A stretch of 64,000 nucleotides of DNA from an uncultured Clostridia bacterium (GTDB lineage Bacteria > Bacillota > Clostridia > TANB77 > CAG-508). The notes beneath the pieces are model-generated. The model was not told the DNA's origin. It searched no databases and saw nothing but the letters and a program-made list of their open reading frames with translations. The DNA is taken from NCBI GenBank assembly GCA_934122385.1, contig CAKOWP010000002.1, forward strand, positions 610 through 64,609, in the 5' to 3' direction. Numbering within the stretch: the stretch's first letter is position 1; each line of letters starts with the position of its first letter. The translations under genes and the position numbers were made by a program. This document shows, in pieces, positions 57,331-64,000 of the stretch.

Positions 57331-58517
57331 ACTTGTTTCATTGTTTCTCTTGCTATCATTAATTCTTCATTTGTTGGAACAACATAGACTTTTACTTTTG
57401 AGTCTTCAGCTGATATCTCAACTTCTTCGCCTCTTATTTTATTTTTTTCATCATCAATTTTTACTCCAAAAAATTCTAATTGTTCACAAATCGCTTTTCT
57501 AGATAATGGACCTTTTTCTCCAACACCAGCTGTAAATGTAAGCACATCAATTCCACTCATAGCCACTGCACATTTTGCTACATATGCTGCTGTTAAATAA
57601 TGATATATATCTAAAGCTAATTGGGCATGTGTTCCACCTGCTTGAGCTTCTATTTCTATATCTCTAAAATCAACAGATACACCTCTAGATGCACCGTAAA
57701 CTCCAGATTTTTTATTTAATATATCTTCCATTTCTTGTGGTGTAAGATTTTCTTTTTTCATTATATAAGTCACAACTGATGGATCTAAATCTCCACTTCT
57801 TGTTCCCATTGGTATTCCACCAAGTGGTGTAAGTCCCATACTTGTTTCTACAGATTTACCATTTTGAATAGCGCATACACTTGCTCCTTGTCCTAAATGG
57901 CAATTTACTATTTTCAAATCTTTAATATCTTTTCCCATCATTTCTGCAACTCTATATGCAACATATTCATGTGATGTTCCATGAGCTCCATATTTTCTAA
58001 TTCCATATTTCTTATAATATTCATATGGTATTGGATAAATATATCTTTCCTTTGGAATTGATTGATGAAATGCTGTATCAAATACTGCAACCATTGGAAT
58101 ATTTGGAGCTATTTTTTTACATGCATTTATTCCTAAAATAGCAGCTGGATTGTGCAATGGTGCTAAATCACTGCATTTTTTTATTTCTTCAATGACTTCA
58201 TCTGTAATAAGAACTGGCTTAGAATATTTTTCTCCGCCTTGAACAACTCTATGTCCAATTCCGCCTAACTCATCTAAAGTTTTAATAACGCCATAATGGT
58301 CATTTGTTAATCTATCAAAAACAAATTCTAAAGCTTGTTCATGATTTTCAACATGTTTTTCAAATTTGTGTTTTAAGCCATTTACTTTATGTGTTAAAAA
58401 TGAATTTTGTTGTCCTATTCTTTCAAAATATCCTTTTACCAACATTTCTTCTGTGTCCATATCAATTACTTGATATTTTAATGATGAACTTCCTGAATTT
58501 AAAACTAATATTTTCAT
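57309..58517 (-). CDS. ackA: Acetate kinase paralog 1
   Basis: MKILVLNSGSSSLKYQ, HRVVQGG, AHGTSH and TRSGDLDP motifs. AAAGGAGG RBS. Confidence 0.92.
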   Translation of the reverse strand: MKILVLNSGSSSLKYQVIDMDTEEMLVKGYFERIGQQNSFLTHKVNGLKHKFEKHVENHEQALEFVFDRLTNDHYGVIKTLDELGGIGHRVVQGGEKYSKPVLITDEVIEEIKKCSDLAPLHNPAAILGINACKKIAPNIPMVAVFDTAFHQSIPKERYIYPIPYEYYKKYGIRKYGAHGTSHEYVAYRVAEMMGKDIKDLKIVNCHLGQGASVCAIQNGKSVETSMGLTPLGGIPMGTRSGDLDPSVVTYIMKKENLTPQEMEDILNKKSGVYGASRGVSVDFRDIEIEAQAGGTHAQLALDIYHYLTAAYVAKCAVAMSGIDVLTFTAGVGEKGPLSRKAICEQLEFFGVKIDDEKNKIRGEEVEISAEDSKVKVYVVPTNEELMIARETMKQVGFRDVP

Positions 58518-58544
58518 AGAAGACCTCCTTTAATTTTATTATTT

Positions 58545-58595
58545 TGTCTCTTTGGGGACGGTTCTGTTTGAGACATCCGGTTCCTTTTGAGACAT
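58545..58595. repeat. REP-like hairpin repeat, type 1
   Basis: TGTCTCTTTGGGGACGGTTCTGTTTGAGACATCCGGTTCCTTTTGAGACAT. Confidence 0.85.
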
Positions 58596-59597
58596 TTAAT
58601 TTTGTGCTTGAACAGCCGTTATTGCAATAACACCTGCTATATCTTGATAGCTACATCCTCTTGATAAGTCATTTACAGGTTTTGCAATTCCTTGGCATAG
58701 CGGTCCATATGCTTCGGCTTTTGCAAGTCTTTGAACTAATTTATATCCAATATTTCCAGCGTCTAAATCTGGGAATATTAAAACATTAGCTTCTCCAGCA
58801 ACTTTACTATCTGGCGCTTTAGATTTAGCAACTTCTGGTATTATAGCCGCATCTAATTGTAGCTCTCCATCTGCTTTTAGTTCTGGCTCTTTTTCTTTTA
58901 ATAATTTAGTTGCATCAATAACTTTTTGTGTTAATTCTGATTTTGCACTTCCCATTGTTGAATATGAAAGCATCGCAACTTTTGGTTCTTCGCCAACTAA
59001 TTGTTTAAAGCTTTTACTTGAAGATATTGCTATTTCTGATAATTCTTCTGGATTTGGATTTGCATTTAACCCTGAATCTCCAAATATAAATGTTCCATTT
59101 GAACCATATTCACAGTCTGGAACTACCATAACAAAGAATGCTGAAACTAATCTTGTGTCTGGTGCTGTTTTTAAAATTTGAAGTGCAGGTCTTAATGTAT
59201 CAGCTGTTGAATGTGCTGCACCTGAGACCAAACCATCTGCCTTTGTTTCTTCATCTTTTACCATTAGCATTCCAAAATATACTGGATTCAAAGTAATTTC
59301 TTTTGCTTGTTCTATTGTCATACCTTTATGTTTTCTTAATTCATATAATAGATTTGCATATTTTTCGTAATCTGGTGATGTTTGTGGTTCTATTATTTTT
59401 GCACCTTCAATATTTACATTATTTGCTTCAGCTTTTTCTTTGATTTCTTTTTCATTTCCTACTAAAATTATATTTGCATATTTTTCTTTTAGTGCTATTT
59501 CTGTTGCTTTTAGTGTTCGTATGTCTTCTGCTTCTGGTAGTACTATTGTTTTTATTTCTTGTCTTGCTCTTTCTTTTATTGATTCTATAAAGTTCAT
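58596..59597 (-). CDS. pta: Phosphate acetyltransferase
   Basis: Matches as recalled Bacillus Pta along its length: VSGAAHSTADTLRPALQ, MLSYSTMGSAKS, FPDLDAGNIGYK and NDLSRGC. Start set at MNFIES. Confidence 0.92.
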   Translation of the reverse strand: MNFIESIKERARQEIKTIVLPEAEDIRTLKATEIALKEKYANIILVGNEKEIKEKAEANNVNIEGAKIIEPQTSPDYEKYANLLYELRKHKGMTIEQAKEITLNPVYFGMLMVKDEETKADGLVSGAAHSTADTLRPALQILKTAPDTRLVSAFFVMVVPDCEYGSNGTFIFGDSGLNANPNPEELSEIAISSSKSFKQLVGEEPKVAMLSYSTMGSAKSELTQKVIDATKLLKEKEPELKADGELQLDAAIIPEVAKSKAPDSKVAGEANVLIFPDLDAGNIGYKLVQRLAKAEAYGPLCQGIAKPVNDLSRGCSYQDIAGVIAITAVQAQN

Positions 59598-59730
59598 TTT
59601 CGTTTCCTTTCTCTTCACTTCGTTTCGTTCATCATAAAATGAAAATTTACAATTTTCATTTTACAAATCTCTCGCTTTGCTCGTTCATCGTCATCCAAAT
59701 TTTTATGCTTTTATTATATCTATAAATTAT

Positions 59731-59763
59731 AAAAAGTACAAGCCTTTTTACAAAACTTGTACT
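59731..59763. terminator. Intrinsic terminator downstream of uvrA
   Basis: AAAGTACAAG-N13-CTTGTACTTT with T-rich flanks on both strands. Confidence 0.6.
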
Positions 59764-59772
59764 TTTTGTTTT

Positions 59773-62610
59773 TTATTCCAAATACTTCTTCAAAAACTTA
59801 CCAGTAAAACTCTGTTCATTCTTACAAATCTGTTCTGGTGTACCAACAGCAACAACCTGTCCTCCACCATCTCCACCTTCTGGGCCTAAATCAATAATAT
59901 GATCACAAGTTTTTATTAGGTCAAGATTATGTTCAATAACAATAATTGTATTTCCAGTATCAACTAATCTTTGTAAAATATCAACTAGTCTATGAACATC
60001 AGCAATGTGAAGACCTGTAGTTGGTTCATCTAAAATATACAAAGTTTTTCCTGTTGCTCTTTTTGAAAGTTCTGTTGCAAGTTTAACTCTTTGAGCCTCA
60101 CCACCTGATAGTGTTGTTGATGGTTGTCCTAACTTGATATATCCTAAGCCTACATCATATAAAGTTTGAATTTTTTGTTTTATTTTTGGTATTTTATCAA
60201 AAAACTCTAATGCTTCTTCAACTGTCATATCAAGTACATCTGCTATGTTTTTACCTTTATATTTAACTTCTAGTGTTTCTCTATTATATCTCTTTCCTTT
60301 ACACACTTCACATGGTACATATACATCTGGTAAGAAATGCATTTCTATTTTGTGAACTCCGTCGCCGTTACAGCTTTCGCATCTTCCACCTGCTACATTA
60401 AAGCTGAATCTTCCTTTTTCAAATCCACGCAATTTGGCTTCATTTGTTCCTGCAAAAATATCTCTAATTAAGTCAAATACTCCTGTATATGTTGCAGGAT
60501 TTGAACGAGGTGTTCTTCCTATTGGTGATTGGTCTATGTTTATTATTTTGTCTATATTTTCTAATCCTTTAACCTCTTTACATTTTCCTGGTTTTTCTGA
60601 TGAACCATTTAGTTCTTTTGCAATTGTTTTATATAATACTTCATTTACAAGTGTTGATTTTCCTGAACCAGAGACACCTGTAACACATGTAAATACACCA
60701 AGTGGGAATTTAACACTTATGTTCTTTAGGTTGTTTTCTGTTGCATTTTTTACTTCAATAGCTTTTGATTTAACAACTTTTCTTCTTTTTTTAGGAACTT
60801 CTATTTTCTTTCTACCACTTAAATATTGACCTGTAACAGAATCTTTTACTAATTTTACTTCTTCTGCTGTACCTTGTGCCATAACATTTCCGCCATGAAC
60901 ACCTGCACCTGGACCAATATCAATAATTTGGTCTGCTGCATACATTGTATCTTCATCATGTTCTACAATTAATAAAGTATTTCCTAAGTCTCTCAATTTT
61001 TTAAGTGTTGCAATTAATTTGTCATTATCTCTTTGATGTAGTCCTATACTTGGTTCGTCCAAAATATACATAACACCTGTAAGTCCTGAACCTATTTGAG
61101 TTGCCAAACGAATACGTTGTGCTTCTCCCCCTGATAGTGTTCCAGCACTTCTTGAAAGTGTTAAATATTCAAGTCCTACATCTATTAAAAATTGAAGTCT
61201 TTTATTGATTTCTTTTAAAATCATGTCTGCAATCATTGCTTCTTTTTCTGTTAATTTTAATGTACCCAAAAATTCTTTTAAAGCTTTGATTGACATATCT
61301 GTAACTTCATTTATATTTTTACCATTTATTTTGATACATAATATTTCTTTCTTTAAACGTGCTCCATTACAAGTATGGCAATGAGAATTTGTCATATACA
61401 TCTCATAAAATGCTCTCATTCCTTGTGATTTTGTTTCACTATGACGTCTGTCAAGTGTTGGCAAAACTCCCTCAAATGGTGCAGTAAACTTTCTTACACC
61501 AGCAGCAGATGAATATTCAAAATCAATTTTTTCGTCACCTGTACCATATAAGATTTTTTCCATAAACCATCGTGGTAATTTCTTAATTGGAACTCCTTTT
61601 ATTTCAACACCATAATGTTTTCCAATGCTTTCAAAATACATTTTAGCCATTGTGTCGCCCTTTTTCATTGTACTTGAGCCAAACGCTTTTATACCATCAT
61701 ATAATGTTTTGTTTTTATCTGGAACTATTAAGTCTTCATCCATTTTCATCAAATATCCTATACCCATACAAGTAGGACAAGCACCATATGGATTATTAAA
61801 TGAAAACATTCTTGGAGTGATTTCTGGAAAACTGAAACCGCAGTCAGGACACGCATAATTTGAGCTGTATAAAACTGTTTTATTTTCCTCTTTTGTTATA
61901 ACATTTACTAGCACCAAATTATCAGCATGTTTCAAAGCAATTTCAACAGACTCTGTAAGTCTACTTCTTATTTCTGGTTTTACAACTAATCTGTCTACAA
62001 CTAATTCAATTTCGTGTTTTTTATTTTTATCTAATTTTATTTCATCTGATAAATCATAAACTTCGCCATCAATTCTTGCTCTTACAAATCCGTCTTTTTG
62101 ATATCCTTCTAATTGTTTTACAAATTCACCTTTTCTACTTCTTACAACTGGTGCCAAAATTTGTATTTTTGTACCTTCCTCAAGTTCCATAATATTATCA
62201 ATAATTTGGTCAATTGATTGTTTTTCAATTTTTTTACCACAATTTGGACAATATGGTACCCCTATATTTGCATACAATAAACGAATGTAATCATATATTT
62301 CTGTTACTGTTCCAACTGTTGAACGTGGATTTTTTGATGTTGTTTTTTGGTCTATTGATATTGCAGGTGATAGTCCTTCAATTGACTCAACATCTGGTTT
62401 TTCCATTATTCCTAGGAATTGTCTTGCATATGAAGATAAGCTCTCAACATATCTTCTTTGACCTTCTGCATACAATGTGTCAAATGCTAATGAAGATTTA
62501 CCTGAGCCTGAAAGTCCTGTTATTACTACCATTTTATCTCTTGGAATTTCTAGATTTATATTTTTTAAGTTATGCTCTTTTGCGCCTTTTATTATTATTT
62601 TATCATTCAT
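59773..62610 (-). CDS. uvrA: Excinuclease ABC subunit A
   Basis: Two ABC ATPase modules ([18 protein letters not shown]), zinc-finger cysteine pairs, and LSGGEAQR twice. Start set at [15 protein letters not shown] after GGGGGAA. The upstream ORF extension runs into a repeat. Confidence 0.95.
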   Translation of the reverse strand: MNDKIIIKGAKEHNLKNINLEIPRDKMVVITGLSGSGKSSLAFDTLYAEGQRRYVESLSSYARQFLGIMEKPDVESIEGLSPAISIDQKTTSKNPRSTVGTVTEIYDYIRLLYANIGVPYCPNCGKKIEKQSIDQIIDNIMELEEGTKIQILAPVVRSRKGEFVKQLEGYQKDGFVRARIDGEVYDLSDEIKLDKNKKHEIELVVDRLVVKPEIRSRLTESVEIALKHADNLVLVNVITKEENKTVLYSSNYACPDCGFSFPEITPRMFSFNNPYGACPTCMGIGYLMKMDEDLIVPDKNKTLYDGIKAFGSSTMKKGDTMAKMYFESIGKHYGVEIKGVPIKKLPRWFMEKILYGTGDEKIDFEYSSAAGVRKFTAPFEGVLPTLDRRHSETKSQGMRAFYEMYMTNSHCHTCNGARLKKEILCIKINGKNINEVTDMSIKALKEFLGTLKLTEKEAMIADMILKEINKRLQFLIDVGLEYLTLSRSAGTLSGGEAQRIRLATQIGSGLTGVMYILDEPSIGLHQRDNDKLIATLKKLRDLGNTLLIVEHDEDTMYAADQIIDIGPGAGVHGGNVMAQGTAEEVKLVKDSVTGQYLSGRKKIEVPKKRRKVVKSKAIEVKNATENNLKNISVKFPLGVFTCVTGVSGSGKSTLVNEVLYKTIAKELNGSSEKPGKCKEVKGLENIDKIINIDQSPIGRTPRSNPATYTGVFDLIRDIFAGTNEAKLRGFEKGRFSFNVAGGRCESCNGDGVHKIEMHFLPDVYVPCEVCKGKRYNRETLEVKYKGKNIADVLDMTVEEALEFFDKIPKIKQKIQTLYDVGLGYIKLGQPSTTLSGGEAQRVKLATELSKRATGKTLYILDEPTTGLHIADVHRLVDILQRLVDTGNTIIVIEHNLDLIKTCDHIIDLGPEGGDGGGQVVAVGTPEQICKNEQSFTGKFLKKYLE

Positions 62611-62629
62611 TTTTATTCCCCCATTTTTT

Positions 62630-62679
62630 TGTCTCTTTGGGGACGGTTCTGTTTGAGACATCGGTTCCAAAAGAGACAT
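62630..62679. repeat. REP-like hairpin repeat, type 1 (full unit)
   Basis: TGTCTCTTTGGGGACGGTTCTGTTTGAGACATCGGTTCCAAAAGAGACAT. Confidence 0.9.
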
Positions 62680-62730
62680 TCTCCAAATCCTTGCGTAAGT
62701 AAGATTTTAAAATATCACTATTTTATAAAA

Positions 62731-62763
62731 ATGTCTCAAACAGAACCGTCCCCAAAGAGACAT
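62731..62763. repeat. REP-like hairpin repeat, type 1, inverted partner
   Basis: ATGTCTCAAACAGAACCGTCCCCAAAGAGACAT. Its core is the exact reverse complement of 62630-62661 (32 nt). Confidence 0.9.
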
Positions 62764-62902
62764 TTTTATTATACTATAATTTCGAGGTAAAAACAAGAGT
62801 TTGGTAAAAACTTTTCTTGGCAAATTTTAAAAAATATGTTATAATATCTCCACACAAAATTTTTTGTTAACTATTCAAACAACATCTATGGAGGAAAATT
62901 AT

Positions 62903-63124
62903 ATGAGCAAAAACAATTACGAAACTTATGCTGAAAAGAAACAAAAAGAAATACTTTCATCAACATGCACACTCGAACATGCAATATCTGTTTTAAAATC
63001 AAAAAAAGAGTATTGCAGCAAAAGTTGTTATGAAGCTTCATGTGAGATGGTGTCAACTCTGTTTGGATTATCTTATAACGAGATAGATCATGCCGTAGAA
63101 GGCCAAGAATATTGGATAGTTTAA
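62903..63124 (+). CDS. Small hypothetical protein
   Basis: 73 aa. GGAGGA lies 7 nt upstream of the ATG at 62903, and a terminator follows. Confidence 0.4.
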   Translation: MSKNNYETYAEKKQKEILSSTCTLEHAISVLKSKKEYCSKSCYEASCEMVSTLFGLSYNEIDHAVEGQEYWIV

Positions 63125-63133
63125 AAGTAAAAA

Positions 63134-63158
63134 GGACCACAAATTGTGGTTCTTTTTT
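63134..63158 (+). terminator. Intrinsic terminator
   Basis: GGACCAC-aaatt-GTGGTTC followed by TTTTTT. Confidence 0.7.
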
Positions 63159-63202
63159 CCTTGATTTTTCAGCAATTTTGTAAAACATTTTAAAACAAGA
63201 AT

Positions 63203-64000
63203 CTACTTTTCTTTTGCTATTTTATCTATTTCTGCTTTATTTAATCCAGTAATCTCTATTATTTCTTTTTTTGATGTATTTTTGCTTAATAATTTTTTTG
63301 CAATTTCTATGCTTTTTTCTTTAATCCCTTCAGTTTTCCCTTCTATTTTTCCTTCTTTTCTTCCCATATCAATATACATCTTATTTTCTCTTCTTATCAT
63401 ATCAACCACTGCTAACACTTCTTTTCCCCTCCCTTCTTCTATTTTATTTACTAATCTTTCTACTTCATCATCTCCTAGCTTTTCTTTAAATACTATTTTT
63501 ATTATTCTAATTAATACATCTTTATCTTCCTCTTTTGTTCTTTCTATTACTTTTTCTAATGTTTCTACTGTTTCCTCTGTGTTTTTACTTTTTTCAATTA
63601 GCATCATTTTTGTTATAAATGTATCGTCTTCTAGTAATTCCTTTTCTGTTAAATTATTAACATCTATTAAATTGTATTTTCCAACATCTTCTTTTATATT
63701 TCTTAATGTTTCTTGACTTTTTTGCAAATATTCTGCTGCATTCCATTTTCTATTTCCGGTATATAACACTATTGAAATTACTAATGGTAGTTTATAATTT
63801 TTAGTTTTAATTTTATTCATATCAATTGCACTTTTCATTATTGCTACTTCATATTCTAATATTCTAAATGGCATTGAATAATCAATTTTCGTTTGATGTT
63901 CTATTAAGAAAAATATGTTTTTGTCTTTCATTTTGTATACTATATCTGCTTCTCTATTTTGAAATACTTTATTTACAAAACTATTTTTATATTTTTCTAT
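63203..64000 (-). CDS. Rpn-family recombination-promoting nuclease / putative transposase (PD-(D/E)XK), 5' end outside the window
   Basis: ADIVYK...FFLIEHQTKIDYSMPFRILEY motif. The frame stays open to the window edge. C-terminal helical domain. Confidence 0.8.
   Translation of the reverse strand: MEKYKNSFVNKVFQNREADIVYKMKDKNIFFLIEHQTKIDYSMPFRILEYEVAIMKSAIDMNKIKTKNYKLPLVISIVLYTGNRKWNAAEYLQKSQETLRNIKEDVGKYNLIDVNNLTEKELLEDDTFITKMMLIEKSKNTEETVETLEKVIERTKEEDKDVLIRIIKIVFKEKLGDDEVERLVNKIEEGRGKEVLAVVDMIRRENKMYIDMGRKEGKIEGKTEGIKEKSIEIAKKLLSKNTSKKEIIEITGLNKAEIDKIAKEK

Noticed and set aside
62611-62790. N-terminal extension of uvrA ([17 protein letters not shown]...) and the 72-aa ORF at 62572-62790.
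   Set aside because: Both are read-through of the REP-like hairpin repeats. The conserved UvrA N-terminus starts at [15 protein letters not shown] with its own RBS.

Overview
Very AT-rich, low-GC Firmicutes (Clostridia-like) chromosomal segment, with almost all real genes on the minus strand. Most plus-strand ORFs in the track are antisense shadow ORFs. Layout: (1) 1-16.6 kb holds housekeeping and accessory genes: MgtC, a SAMHD1-like HD hydrolase, PBP1A, a Xer-type recombinase, an SOS-boxed LysM (YneA-like) gene, PepF, dpaB, a frameshifted pilin-like surface protein with an XRE regulator, and an acyl-CoA ligase. (2) 16.8-53.4 kb is a large cell-wall glycopolymer locus. It contains rmlABCD, a Wzm/Wzt ABC exporter, many GT2/GT4 glycosyltransferases, at least five polytopic GT-C-like membrane proteins, GtrA/GtrB, an O-acyltransferase and two ChW-repeat cell-wall hydrolases. 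(3) 53.5-64 kb holds an ECF sigma (frameshifted) with its anti-sigma, pta with two tandem ackA paralogs, uvrA and a partial Rpn-family nuclease. The best candidate for an overlooked system is a compact type III toxin-antitoxin (ToxIN/CptIN-like) module at 10996-11658. It consists of a promoter, 2.3 tandem 48-nt RNA repeats, an intrinsic terminator and a 160-aa ToxN-like ORF. Other unexplained signals: a 234-nt near-perfect hairpin with an ~18 x 18 nt central bubble and a cUUCGg apical loop (6S-like RNA or MITE); an 11-13-mer (GTTACAGTTCAGT) that forms its termini and recurs at both edges of the glycopolymer locus; a dispersed family of REP-like hairpins with a conserved GGGGACG(G)TTC loop that supply stop codons and C-terminal residues to flanking genes; a zeta/epsilon-like pair inside the rml operon; a decayed ISLre2-like element with intact terminal inverted repeats; and two frameshifted genes. 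All family assignments come from motif recognition by eye. No database search was run.
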